Shown here: positions 13,624 to 22,875 of the stretch, one piece after another | How positions within the stretch are numbered: position 1 is the stretch's first letter | Layout: each line of letters starts with the position of its first letter | Source: a virus | Lineage: Duplodnaviria > Caudoviricetes | Length of the DNA stretch: 40,494 nucleotides | Virus record (IMG/VR): IMGVR_UViG_3300049924_000315 | Span: 1 to 40,494 of that record | Reading direction: 5' to 3' (one strand) | Notes under the pieces: generated by a model | The model's database searches: none | Told to the model about the DNA's origin: nothing | The model's input: only the letters and a program-made list of their open reading frames with translations | Program-made: the position numbers and the translations under genes

Positions 13624-13871
13624 GGCGTCACCTGCGGATGGCACTGTTCCAGGAAACGGTTTGCGGCGGCCACCTCGTCGGCCTCCATGTCGCGCATGGG
13701 GCCGGTGCGCGTGCGCATCTGCGCGCAGCGCACCTCAGGCGCGAAGTCGATGTATTCGGCCTGCTCAAATTCTGGCGGTACTGCAGTGAACAGGTGCTGC
13801 CGGCCACGCAACATCGCCAGCCCGCGCCGGCCGTCCCACCACAGGCGAGTCTGATACAGCAAGTGGCTCAC
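13620..13871 (-). CDS. Hypothetical protein
   Basis: GTG start (VSHLLYQTRLWWDG...); stop overlaps the next ATG. Confidence 0.55.
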   Translation of the reverse strand: MSHLLYQTRLWWDGRRGLAMLRGRQHLFTAVPPEFEQAEYIDFAPEVRCAQMRTRTGPMRDMEADEVAAANRFLEQCHPQVTP

Positions 13872-13878
13872 CTTGCGT

Positions 13879-14052
13879 TCACCCTTCGAGCTTGGCGGCA
13901 GCGTTGTCGCGCGCCGCCTTGATGGCTGCCGCCCATGCCTCCAGCTTCGCGGGGTTGCGCTTGAGCAGGTAGCGGTAGCCGGCGGCGCCCAGGCCGATGC
14001 AGGCCAGCGCACCAATGATGATGACAAGTAGCGACAAAGTGATGGATGTCAT
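13879..14052 (-). CDS. Small membrane protein
   Basis: N-terminal TM segment and basic helical tail; GAAGGGA RBS. Confidence 0.65.
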   Translation of the reverse strand: MTSITLSLLVIIIGALACIGLGAAGYRYLLKRNPAKLEAWAAAIKAARDNAAAKLEG

Positions 14053-14115
14053 GGCGTGGTTCCCTTCTTGATGCCGCAACTCGCGGCGGGTTGAAAAATA
14101 GTCTGCCTCATCTGC

Positions 14116-14370
14116 CTACGACGCAGGCGCCTCATGCGGGCCACGCTCGCGCCATGCCTGAATGCCCCCCACAGTGCCAAGCGTGGCAGTGCCGGCCCCC
14201 AGTTGTTCCCAGGGAATAACGACGGGCGCCGGAATTTGCAGGCCGGTCAGCGCCGACAGCAGCGTCGCCAAGTTGAACCACAGCGGCCAGATCACCAACT
14301 GGTACCCATAGGCCCACAGGATGACCATCGCAATGCCGCGCTTCCAATCTTCGGGATTCAGTAGGGTCAT
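14116..14370 (-). CDS. Holin-like membrane protein
   Basis: WKRGIAMVILWAYGYQLVIWPLWF hydrophobic segments; 84 aa. Confidence 0.55.
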   Translation of the reverse strand: MTLLNPEDWKRGIAMVILWAYGYQLVIWPLWFNLATLLSALTGLQIPAPVVIPWEQLGAGTATLGTVGGIQAWRERGPHEAPAS

Positions 14371-14373
14371 GGC

Positions 14374-14664
14374 TCAATGCGGCGGCAGTTTCCCGCCCGT
14401 GATGAACTGATGCCAGGCGGCAGCCATGGCGCTGCCCGCCAATGCCACCGCGCCGACCCATTTCACGGCGCGCGTGAACACGCGCCCGGCGGTCACGACG
14501 TCTCGAATCTCACGCGTGACGGCGGTGTTTTCGGTCAGCAGGGTTTCCATGCCCGCCATGCGCTGCTCGATGTCGCCCACGCGCCGCTCGGTGCCGCCCA
14601 GGCGCTGGCGGATGCCGTCCAGCGCGCCTGGAATCGTTTCTTCCTCGTTCGGTTCATGCCTCAT
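14374..14664 (-). CDS. Coiled-coil protein with C-terminal TM, lysis-associated
   Basis: Heptad-like region followed by WVGAVALAGSAMAAAW. Confidence 0.65.
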   Translation of the reverse strand: MRHEPNEEETIPGALDGIRQRLGGTERRVGDIEQRMAGMETLLTENTAVTREIRDVVTAGRVFTRAVKWVGAVALAGSAMAAAWHQFITGGKLPPH

Positions 14665-14837
14665 TGCCGCCCCTTGTCTTGCTCGCGCTCAGCCCCGCCG
14701 CGCTCGTTCGGCGCGGTACTCGGGAAATCAGTGTCGAATCTCGGCAGCGGCTGGTCACGCACCATCACCCAGCGGCGCCACACCAACAGCACCAGCAGCG
14801 CCAGCCAAGCCAGTGCGCCGAAGCACAGCCAGCTCAT
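14661..14837 (-). CDS. Small membrane protein
   Basis: MSWLCFGALAWLALLVLLVWRR; ATGA overlaps at both ends. Confidence 0.55.
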   Translation of the reverse strand: MSWLCFGALAWLALLVLLVWRRWVMVRDQPLPRFDTDFPSTAPNERGGAEREQDKGRQ

Positions 14838-15157
14838 GGCGCTGCCCACCGCAACAGCATGCGCAGCAGCCACACCGGTGCGCAGAACATCAACCCACCG
14901 ATGACTGTGGCTGCCGCGTCGGCGAACTCCACGCGCTCGGTGGGGCTCAGGCCCGCGGCCTCAGCGCGCGAGATTCGCGCTGCGTCGTAGGCCTCTTTGA
15001 GCATACCCACGCACAGCGCGCCCACCAGCGCAGCAGCCATCAATTGCGCGGGTTCCCGCAAGCCCCACCACCAGGCAGCCAGGCACGCGAACGCAGCGGC
15101 TGCGTAGCCGTACAGCAGGTGGCTGGCCTTGTCGGCCGGAATTTGCGGCAATGCCAT
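14834..15157 (-). CDS. Membrane protein with a DKxxH motif
   Basis: IPADKASHLLYG...KEAYD...DAAATVIGG; three hydrophobic segments. Confidence 0.65.
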   Translation of the reverse strand: MALPQIPADKASHLLYGYAAAAFACLAAWWWGLREPAQLMAAALVGALCVGMLKEAYDAARISRAEAAGLSPTERVEFADAAATVIGGLMFCAPVWLLRMLLRWAAP

Positions 15158-15163
15158 GATGCG

Positions 15164-15592
15164 TTACCCCTGCTGCCGCAGCAGCCACAGCAGCACCCGA
15201 TCGGCGCGCAGCGCGCGGCGTTTCATATCCTGAATTTGCACAAACGCCTGCGCCGCAGTGGTGGGCGCCGCGGTGATGCCGTCGGCAATGTCCACCTGCA
15301 GCACGCTAATGGCCTGTTTGAGCAGCGCCAGCTCGTCGGCTTGCGCGGTCGCATCGATCTCTGCCTGCGTCTTGGCGCGCAGCGCCCAAGTGCGGCGCAC
15401 TTGGGTCGGTTCGATTACATAGCCGCCATCGCTCACCACCTCGGTGGCTGATGGCACCGGCGGCCCATCCACCACCAGCGGGCGCAGAAACTGCCGCTTC
15501 GGGTTGCCGGCCAGCGCGTCGAATTGCGCCTGCGTAATTTCCACCAGAGCAATGGCGCTGGTCTGCGGGTCGATGCGTGCAAACGTGGGCAT
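15164..15592 (-). CDS. Possible tail fibre assembly or chaperone protein
   Basis: Follows the fibre genes; VRRTWALRAKTQAEID motif. Confidence 0.5.
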   Translation of the reverse strand: MPTFARIDPQTSAIALVEITQAQFDALAGNPKRQFLRPLVVDGPPVPSATEVVSDGGYVIEPTQVRRTWALRAKTQAEIDATAQADELALLKQAISVLQVDIADGITAAPTTAAQAFVQIQDMKRRALRADRVLLWLLRQQG

Positions 15593-15601
15593 ACGGGTCT
15601 T

Positions 15602-16309
15602 TCAGCGCTGCGGCCAGCGGCCGCTTGATGGGGGAGTGAACGCGGCGCCGTTGGTTCGGTCCACGCCCACCGTGATGCGCACGCCGCTCAGGTAGCCGTT
15701 CATCTCGTCGCCGCCGGCCGGGTAGCGGCCGAGCGAAATGCTGGTCGGGTCAATGCTGGGCGCACTGCCCGGGTCGTAGGTGCCGTTGGTGGCCCCGCCC
15801 ACCCACAGCTGGTGCGTGTTGCCGTTGCGCGTCCAGGCAAAGTGCGTCCAGGTGTCAGACACCAGCACCACACTGCCCACAATACGGGTGGCCGTGCCGT
15901 CCCACAAGTTCAGCCGGTTGGCCGGTGTGCCGCCGCTCGATCGGCGGTATAGGTACCAGTTCACACCGCCCAAGCCAATCAGCGCCTGGTCAGCCGCGCG
16001 CCCTGCGATGCGCACAAAGCCCTCGATGGTGAAGTCGCCCGCCAGCACGATGTCGGGCGTGTCCGTCGCGGTGATGTAGTCCCCCGTGCCGTCGAAACTC
16101 AGCGACACCGAGTTGCCCGGAAACGCCTGCACTGAGCTGACCTGCGCGTTTCCGGTGGCGGTGAGCGACCTGTTTTTCAGCGACGCGTCGGTGATCGTCG
16201 TGTCACCGTTTGCCCCGCTGGGATGCAGCAACAGGGCCACGTTGTTGAAGTACGGGTCGCGCACTCCACCCCCGCGACCGAACTGCCCGAGCTGCAGCGT
16301 CGGGATCAT
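15602..16309 (-). CDS. LamG/concanavalin-like virion protein, putative receptor binding
   Basis: DPYFNNVALLLH, SLSFDGTGDY, DFTIEGFV, WTHFAWTR and NGYLSGVRIT motifs. Confidence 0.85.
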   Translation of the reverse strand: MIPTLQLGQFGRGGGVRDPYFNNVALLLHPSGANGDTTITDASLKNRSLTATGNAQVSSVQAFPGNSVSLSFDGTGDYITATDTPDIVLAGDFTIEGFVRIAGRAADQALIGLGGVNWYLYRRSSGGTPANRLNLWDGTATRIVGSVVLVSDTWTHFAWTRNGNTHQLWVGGATNGTYDPGSAPSIDPTSISLGRYPAGGDEMNGYLSGVRITVGVDRTNGAAFTPPSSGRWPQR

Positions 16310-17964
16310 GCGTCGGTGTCCGCGTTGGTGGTGATGTACAGCACCAGGCCCATCAGGCGCGCGTCGATTGCCAGGGTGTCGCTGCCGTTCGCAGGCACTC
16401 GGCCCAGACGGAAAAACACCGTGTCTTCAGCTGCCGGCGTGCCCGCAATGGTGATGGCCGACGACTCGGGCCCCATGTAGATGTCGTTGGTCGTACCGCC
16501 CGTGTCGGTGCTGAATTGGGCCGAGCCGTAGTTGGTGGCGATCGCGTCGTCGTTGCTCGCCGCGTAGCCCTGCAACTGCCACACCACGCCAAAATTGGTG
16601 GCGGTCGCCCCGTGGCTCCACAGTGGCGCAAAGGTCACCGTTCCTTCGTCCCAGCTCTTGGGCATGGTGAGTGAGAACTGCGCAAACTCTTGCGAGGTGG
16701 TGTCGAAGTCCAGCGACCAAATGTCCGCTTGGTCTGCCGTAGTGGCAATGCCGGCCAAGGCTGCGCAGCCGTTGGCCACGCTTGGCACCATGGCTGCGGC
16801 GCTGATGTACACCGCGTGGCGCCCCTGCGTCGAGCCGCCACCCGCTGGCGCCTTGCCTCGGAACGTGAAATAGTTGGCGCCATCAGACGCCAGCAAACAC
16901 CCCGAGTCGGTGGCCAGTACCAATGTGGCGGCCCCGTCTATCGTGCTGGTGGTGGGCGTGATGGTCAATGTGCCCGCACCCCGGTTCTGCACCCACATAT
17001 ACCAGCCGGCGCCAAAGCTGCCGGTGGCCTGCGGCAGCGTGCCGGCGATTGCTGCGGCGTTGCTGTGCGTCACCAGCTTGCCCCGGTCGCCGCTGACGTA
17101 GGTGTAGCTCGTGCCGGTCTGCGCATTCACTGCCATCGCGCCGCGCACCGTGCCGGTGGCGGTGATGGGCGAACCGCTCGCTGTTTCCACCCCGCCGGTG
17201 GCGTCCACGCTCGTCACGCCACCGCTGGCCGACGCGCCGCTGAAGTCCATGTCCACCAGCTTGTTGTTGCCAATGCTGCCGCTGCTGGCCTGCAGCGCCA
17301 CGGTGAACTTGCGGTAGCCCGTGCCGTCCACCGGCGTGGCGGTCCACTTCCACAGTTGCCACTTGGTGGCGTCGTCTTGCTGCTGCAGGTACATGAACCC
17401 GGCGCTGCCCAGCGATGCCCAGAACGTGGTCAGGCTGACCGCGTCGGCCGTCTGGTCGTCGAGGTACAGCACCGTGGCGCTGGCCTGGGTGGCGTTGTTC
17501 CACTTGAACTTGCCGGCGCCGGGGTCGCTGTCCGCTGTGCTGCTGGTGTCGCTCGTGAACGTCAGGCCCTTCAGTTCAGTGCCGCCGGTACCGCCGCCTC
17601 CATTGAGCACGCCACCGGTGTCCATGCGGCCGTCCACCACGGCCGTCACAGCGCTGGCGCTGGTGGTCAGCTGGTACAGCCGCGCATGGGTCGCGGTGTC
17701 GTTGTAGTTGGTGTTGCTGGTGCTCACGCTCACCACGCCAGTGGTGCGGTGCACCACAACGTAGTTGGTGCTGCTGGCGGTCAGCGTCACCGTGCCGTCG
17801 GCCACCGTGTTGCCGTTGTAGCGCCCGCCGTAGTAGCCCCACACCAGAGCGGTGGTGACGGGCTGGCGCTTGCCGAAAATGCCCGCCGCGCTGAGCGTTT
17901 CGAAGTTCTCATTGCTCTGCACTTCGGGCGAAGCGCTGGCGTTGATGGTCTGCAGGGTCGTCAT
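16306..17964 (-). CDS. Tail fibre-like protein
   Basis: 552 aa, Thr/Gly/Ala/Ser-rich modular sequence with Gly linkers; directly after the tail tip gene. Confidence 0.75.
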   Translation of the reverse strand: MTTLQTINASASPEVQSNENFETLSAAGIFGKRQPVTTALVWGYYGGRYNGNTVADGTVTLTASSTNYVVVHRTTGVVSVSTSNTNYNDTATHARLYQLTTSASAVTAVVDGRMDTGGVLNGGGGTGGTELKGLTFTSDTSSTADSDPGAGKFKWNNATQASATVLYLDDQTADAVSLTTFWASLGSAGFMYLQQQDDATKWQLWKWTATPVDGTGYRKFTVALQASSGSIGNNKLVDMDFSGASASGGVTSVDATGGVETASGSPITATGTVRGAMAVNAQTGTSYTYVSGDRGKLVTHSNAAAIAGTLPQATGSFGAGWYMWVQNRGAGTLTITPTTSTIDGAATLVLATDSGCLLASDGANYFTFRGKAPAGGGSTQGRHAVYISAAAMVPSVANGCAALAGIATTADQADIWSLDFDTTSQEFAQFSLTMPKSWDEGTVTFAPLWSHGATATNFGVVWQLQGYAASNDDAIATNYGSAQFSTDTGGTTNDIYMGPESSAITIAGTPAAEDTVFFRLGRVPANGSDTLAIDARLMGLVLYITTNADTDA

Positions 17965-20855
17965 GCGGTGGCCTCAAGGGCGTAGCCCCGGCCGATGACG
18001 GCCGAAACCTGGGTGATGTGCAGGAACAGCGGCGCGCCTGGCGTCAGGCCGTCCGTCGTTTGTTCGGCCGCGGTGTAGGTGGCGCTGGGCGTGCTGGCAT
18101 TGATGGTGCGCAGCACGCTGGCGTAGGCGCCGCTGGCGTAGATGTCGACCAGGTAGGCCTCGGTTTCTTCGCCGAGCGGGATGCTGATACCCGCCGGGCC
18201 CGTGGTGCGCACCGCCAGCCGGCTGCGGCGCTGCCAGGTGATGGTGCAGTTGTTGCTGCCGTTGCGTGCGACGCGCGCATCGAACGGCGAGAAGGGTTTG
18301 CGGTCGACGCCGGTGTCGGCAAAGTTCTGCGCGGGCGCGGCGCCCAGCGCGCGACCGAAGGTCACGCCTTTGTAATACCGGCTCAGGCCGATGCGGCTGG
18401 TGTCGATGGGCACGCGGCGCAGGCCGGCGGGCTGCAGCTTCACGCAGCGCTCATTGGCCACGTGCCCGCCAACAGCCCACTCGGTACCGCGCCCGCCGCG
18501 CAGCAGTCCGCTCAGGTCATACACCCCGGCGCTCACCAGCGCGGCGTCGCGGGCCTGCACAATTTCGCTGCCGATCAGCCAGGCGTTCACCGCCTGGTCA
18601 TTGAGGATGGCGTCACGCGTCACGCTCGCCGCGGTGCCCAGCGCCAGGCTCACGCGCACGGTGTTGACCTCATCAAACACCCGCCCGCCACTCCACGCGC
18701 CCAGCGTGGTGAGGCACACGCCGGCTACCGCGCTTTCCAGCACGCGCACCAGCTCGGTGTATTCCACCGCGTCGCCACTGTCCAGCACCGAAGCACCCGG
18801 CCAGGGCGCAGACACGCCGCGCGCTGCAGCGTAGATGCCGCTCGAATCGTCGGCGTCGCGCAAAATCGGAATATCCAGCAGGTGCAGCACAGTGTCCACC
18901 GGCGCCACAATCGTGGTGCTCGACTCATAGCCACCCGACGTGGTGCCTCCGCTGGTCAGCACGCTCGCGTCGTCAATCACCGCGTCGAAACTGCGCACGC
19001 CGCCGCTGTCGGTCAGTTTCGTGATGCGCGCGCGGTAGGTGCTGCCGTCCACATCGGTGAGCGTCACCACGTCGGTGGGCTCGAGTGCCGCATGGTCGCG
19101 ATTCACCGCCACGGGCCCGAGCGCCAGGTCAGACACCGAAATGTCGTGGATATACACATCCGCCAGGCGCTTCGCGGCGGTGGGCGTCAGCGCCAGCGGC
19201 ACCTCAATCGAGCGAATGCCCGTGCCCGCGCCGATGAGCCGGTCGCTCGTCTCGCTGCCGTCCTGGTAGTCGTTGTCTGCGTTGGAGTAGCGCACCACCA
19301 TCAGGGCAGGCGTCTCATCGTCGTTGCGGCGCGAAAGCGGCAGCGGCTCGGTGGGGTCGCTGGTGCTCGCCCCCATCTCGTCATAGGCGATCGTCACAAC
19401 CGACGCCACGCCGCGCGGCACGAACTTGATGACGGCGCCCGACTCCACCGACTCAAACAGGTACGCCGCCGCCAGAATTTCCAGCGCCTGGCGCGTGGTG
19501 CTCACCTGCCCGACCGGGAAGCCGAGCACCACCTCAAGCGGCAGCAGCGACACGTCGAACTGCGGCGCGCTCAACCCTGCGCGCAGGCACAGGCGCTCCA
19601 CCACGTCGGGCAGGAACTCGTCGACGACCACGGCAGCCACCGCGCCGAAACTGAAATCGGTGTAGCTGGTGAATGGGTTGGTGTAGGTGGCCGACGACTC
19701 GCGGTAGAAGCTGAGCTTCGTCATGTTGACTGGTGGAAACCCGCCGCCAACATTGGTGACCCCGGCGACAACGTTGTCGGTCAATCGAGTGATGGTCAAG
19801 GTCGAAGGCGATGCGCCGTTGAACAGCATCTCACCCGAATACCACGTCGACGCATCCAGCTTCGCCGTGTTGGTTGGGCTGCTCGCTCCACCGAAACCAT
19901 AAAACGGACGCTGTAGCGCATCGACTGATGCTTCACGGCGCGCGCCGAAGTAGAAAACAGTGCTTGCACCATTCAGCAAAACAAACTCGCCGCTGTCGTC
20001 TTGGTTGCCCACCGGATCGGGCCCGACCCAGAATTTCCACCGCAGCACACTCACCACTTTCGGCCCGATGTCGCGAGTGATCGAATGCGGTGCTTCACCG
20101 GTGCGCGAAGCGATGTCTAGCTGCGGCCCGTAGTCACCCGCACCAATTGAGTAGGGCGACAGGCTTCCGGTGTACGGCGTCAGCCCTTCCGCAAATTCTT
20201 CGCGCAAGCCCAGAATTCCAGGCGTGCCGCTCGTGAACACCTCAAAAGTGAGGTTCGGCACCTGCCCGCTGCCGCCTAAGTTCAGGTTGCGCAACATCAC
20301 CGTGCCGCGCCCGCGATAGGCCGGCGCGCTGCCAACACCTACAGCAGCCTCATACGTCGGGTCGGGCAGTTGCGCCGCGTCGCCTGTGTAGACCAGCATT
20401 TCCTCCCACACCTCTGCCAAGGCGCTGTTCGTGGCCGCCTCTTCGGTGAGCACGCTCCACACCAGTTTGGAGTTGCTCCACACGCGCGAGATACCTGCGA
20501 TCTGATTCGACGACAGCAGAATCAGCGTATCCATCACGTAGGTGTAGGTCGTCTGCTCGGCCTCGGGCTGGCCCTTGCCGCCCACCTCGGTGGTGGTGGC
20601 CACCTCGCGCTTGTCGCTCGCCCAGATGATGGTGCCCGCCACGCGCGGGTGGCCCTCGATGTAGGCAATGGGCGTGCCGTAGCTGCTGCCCATGATCTTG
20701 AGGTCATCCAGGCGCGGGCCCTGCACCTGCTGCGGGCCCTCGATGGCCAGGCCGATCTGGCTGCCGATCAGTCCACCGATGGCCGCACCAACTGGCCCGC
20801 CGATGGCCGCGCCGGCGACCTGGCCGACGACGGTGAGCGCGCCGCGTACCGTCAT
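17961..20855 (-). CDS. Tail tip / host specificity protein (GTA-like central fibre)
   Basis: 964 aa; GPRLDDL...SSYGTPI...RVAGTIIW, PAYRG and LLRGGRGTEWA motifs. Confidence 0.88.
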   Translation of the reverse strand: MTVRGALTVVGQVAGAAIGGPVGAAIGGLIGSQIGLAIEGPQQVQGPRLDDLKIMGSSYGTPIAYIEGHPRVAGTIIWASDKREVATTTEVGGKGQPEAEQTTYTYVMDTLILLSSNQIAGISRVWSNSKLVWSVLTEEAATNSALAEVWEEMLVYTGDAAQLPDPTYEAAVGVGSAPAYRGRGTVMLRNLNLGGSGQVPNLTFEVFTSGTPGILGLREEFAEGLTPYTGSLSPYSIGAGDYGPQLDIASRTGEAPHSITRDIGPKVVSVLRWKFWVGPDPVGNQDDSGEFVLLNGASTVFYFGARREASVDALQRPFYGFGGASSPTNTAKLDASTWYSGEMLFNGASPSTLTITRLTDNVVAGVTNVGGGFPPVNMTKLSFYRESSATYTNPFTSYTDFSFGAVAAVVVDEFLPDVVERLCLRAGLSAPQFDVSLLPLEVVLGFPVGQVSTTRQALEILAAAYLFESVESGAVIKFVPRGVASVVTIAYDEMGASTSDPTEPLPLSRRNDDETPALMVVRYSNADNDYQDGSETSDRLIGAGTGIRSIEVPLALTPTAAKRLADVYIHDISVSDLALGPVAVNRDHAALEPTDVVTLTDVDGSTYRARITKLTDSGGVRSFDAVIDDASVLTSGGTTSGGYESSTTIVAPVDTVLHLLDIPILRDADDSSGIYAAARGVSAPWPGASVLDSGDAVEYTELVRVLESAVAGVCLTTLGAWSGGRVFDEVNTVRVSLALGTAASVTRDAILNDQAVNAWLIGSEIVQARDAALVSAGVYDLSGLLRGGRGTEWAVGGHVANERCVKLQPAGLRRVPIDTSRIGLSRYYKGVTFGRALGAAPAQNFADTGVDRKPFSPFDARVARNGSNNCTITWQRRSRLAVRTTGPAGISIPLGEETEAYLVDIYASGAYASVLRTINASTPSATYTAAEQTTDGLTPGAPLFLHITQVSAVIGRGYALEATA

Positions 20856-21367
20856 GCCGGCACCCCTGCGCCCATCGTTTCAGCGATGCGAAACACGCCC
20901 ACGATGCGAGCGCGCCAGGCGGCGTCGAGCCGGTGCTCCACCACCTTGCCGCGCGCCACACCTTGCTGGTCGAGCGCGTGAATGATGCTCAAGCCGCCGT
21001 GCAGGTAGTCGGCCGCGATGCCCAGGTGCTGAGGATGCGCGGTGTAGCGGAACGCCAGCACGTCGCCGGGCTGCGCGTCAGCGGCAGGCACCTCGCACAG
21101 GTGCTCACGGCACAGGCGCAGCAGCGTCACGCCGTCGGGCGTGCGGGCGTAGCTCATGCGCAGCAGTTCGGGCGGCAGCTCGCGGAATGCGCCGACCACG
21201 CCGCGGACGAGGCCGGTGCAGTCGCAGCCGACGCCGCGCAGGGCGGCTTGGTGTTGCCATGGCGTTCCAATCCATGCGCGCGCTTCGGCCACCACCTGGG
21301 CTGCTGTGGGCAGTGGGCCCCGGCCTGCGCCGGGGTGACGGAGTGCGTTTTGCACAGTCTCTGTCAT
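20852..21367 (-). CDS. NlpC/P60 tail-associated peptidase
   Basis: ARAWIGTPWQHQ...GCDCTGLVRGV...HLGI...IIHA. Confidence 0.92.
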   Translation of the reverse strand: MTETVQNALRHPGAGRGPLPTAAQVVAEARAWIGTPWQHQAALRGVGCDCTGLVRGVVGAFRELPPELLRMSYARTPDGVTLLRLCREHLCEVPAADAQPGDVLAFRYTAHPQHLGIAADYLHGGLSIIHALDQQGVARGKVVEHRLDAAWRARIVGVFRIAETMGAGVPA

Positions 21368-22230
21368 ACGCTCGTCACCGGTGCGCGCAGCATGGCGTCG
21401 ACGCCCGGCAGATGCGGCTCGCCGCCGAAGTTCAGTTCGTTCGCAAACTTCGCGATGCAGTCTTCCGCCAGGCGCTTGCGGCAGCCGGCGATTGCGGTGT
21501 ACGTGTCGCCGGCCACCACCGCAAACGGTGCGGGGCGCACGAGCGTGAACGTGTCGGCGGCATAGGTCTTGATCTTTTCCGAGTAGCCCGAATTCGCGCC
21601 GCCGGTCCAGGTGAACAACCCGTCGCCGAAATAGTCGTCCGCTTCAGTGCGCGCGGTGTCGGTGAACACCTGGCGGCTGGCGGCGCTGGTGAGCGTGCCG
21701 GTTTTGGTGAAGGGCCCGAGTGCCAGGTTGCACAGGCCCTGCGGCAGCGCCACGCTGCCCAGCCGGTAGCGGCACGTCTTGCTGGTGCTGGCCCCCACTG
21801 GGTTTTGCAGCACCTGCGCCAGGCTGCGCAGCTCGACGGTGTAGATGCCGCGCGCGGGCCGCACCTCGCCCAGCGCGCCGACCATCAGGGTGTTGATGCC
21901 GTCGGTGGGCGTCTTCCAGTTCGTTTCGAACAGCGTGAAGCTCGCATGGTCCCACTTGCCGGTGATCAGGTCCGCGCGCACGATACCCAGCGCTGCGTCG
22001 GGCAGGATCTGCAATTCCGCGTTGTTCACCGACAGGCCGGATGACGTGGCCAGGCCGCTCACGTTCAAGCCTGCGGCCTGGTAGGTGTTGCCCGCCACCA
22101 CCAGCGGCACGTCAAGGCTGGTGTAGCGCAGCACCACCGCATCGGTGCGGGTGATGGTGATGCACTGCGCCAGCGTCTGCGCTGCCGCGCCGTAGTGCGT
22201 GAGCATCAGGGCCGGGATGGTTTTGCTCAT
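21364..22230 (-). CDS. Tail hub protein (DUF2163/BR0599-like)
   Basis: C-terminal AGCRKRLAEDCIAKFANELNFGGEPHLPG. Confidence 0.88.
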   Translation of the reverse strand: MSKTIPALMLTHYGAAAQTLAQCITITRTDAVVLRYTSLDVPLVVAGNTYQAAGLNVSGLATSSGLSVNNAELQILPDAALGIVRADLITGKWDHASFTLFETNWKTPTDGINTLMVGALGEVRPARGIYTVELRSLAQVLQNPVGASTSKTCRYRLGSVALPQGLCNLALGPFTKTGTLTSAASRQVFTDTARTEADDYFGDGLFTWTGGANSGYSEKIKTYAADTFTLVRPAPFAVVAGDTYTAIAGCRKRLAEDCIAKFANELNFGGEPHLPGVDAMLRAPVTSV

Positions 22231-22240
22231 GGGGCCGGGC

Positions 22241-22855
22241 TCACAATCGGATTTCCTCGAGCTTGATGCTCGGCAGGTTCTGCAGCACGCGGTTCCAATT
22301 GCCGTCGAGCTCGATCTGGTCCATAGTGTCGTCTTGAAACGTCACCGGCACGTCGAATTCACCCAGCCACGTGTAGGTGTCGCCGCCCACATGCCCGCTG
22401 ATGGTGGCCACCCCGGTGTTGTTGTCCACCGACGCTGACGCCACCGTGACCACCGCGCTGCGCGTGCGGTAGATGACGGGCGTGCCGCTGATCTTGAACA
22501 CCGGGCGCAGGTAGCTGATGGCGATGTGGGTGTACTTGCGGCACATCTGCCACTGCGTACCGCTGATGAAGGTCAGCGAGCTGTTCGCCTGCGTGCACTG
22601 GTAGTCGTTCCAGTCGCGTGCGCGAAAGCCATCGTAGGGCGTGAACATCACCAGGTAGAACAGCGAGCGCACCTCTTCGAAGTTCGCCTGCGACTTGATG
22701 CCGTAGCTGATGTCGTACAGGTGCAGCGGGCGCGTCCACTGAAAGTCTTGCTTCATGCGGCCCGAATTGACGATGCTTTTTTCGCGCCGCTGGCGCGGCC
22801 CGCCGCGCGACCCGCGCAGGATGTCGGTGCTGATGCGTTGTTCGAGGAATGCCAT
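22241..22855 (-). CDS. Distal tail protein (DUF2460-like)
   Basis: GSRGGP, GFRARDWNDY and GEFDVPVTF motifs; follows the tape measure gene. Confidence 0.85.
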   Translation of the reverse strand: MAFLEQRISTDILRGSRGGPRQRREKSIVNSGRMKQDFQWTRPLHLYDISYGIKSQANFEEVRSLFYLVMFTPYDGFRARDWNDYQCTQANSSLTFISGTQWQMCRKYTHIAISYLRPVFKISGTPVIYRTRSAVVTVASASVDNNTGVATISGHVGGDTYTWLGEFDVPVTFQDDTMDQIELDGNWNRVLQNLPSIKLEEIRL

Positions 22856-22875
22856 GGGCGCGCGCTCTCAGGACT

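Noticed and set aside
15602-17964. Diversity-generating retroelement acting on fibre genes
   Set aside because: No reverse transcriptase ORF, and no template/variable repeat pair was noticed.
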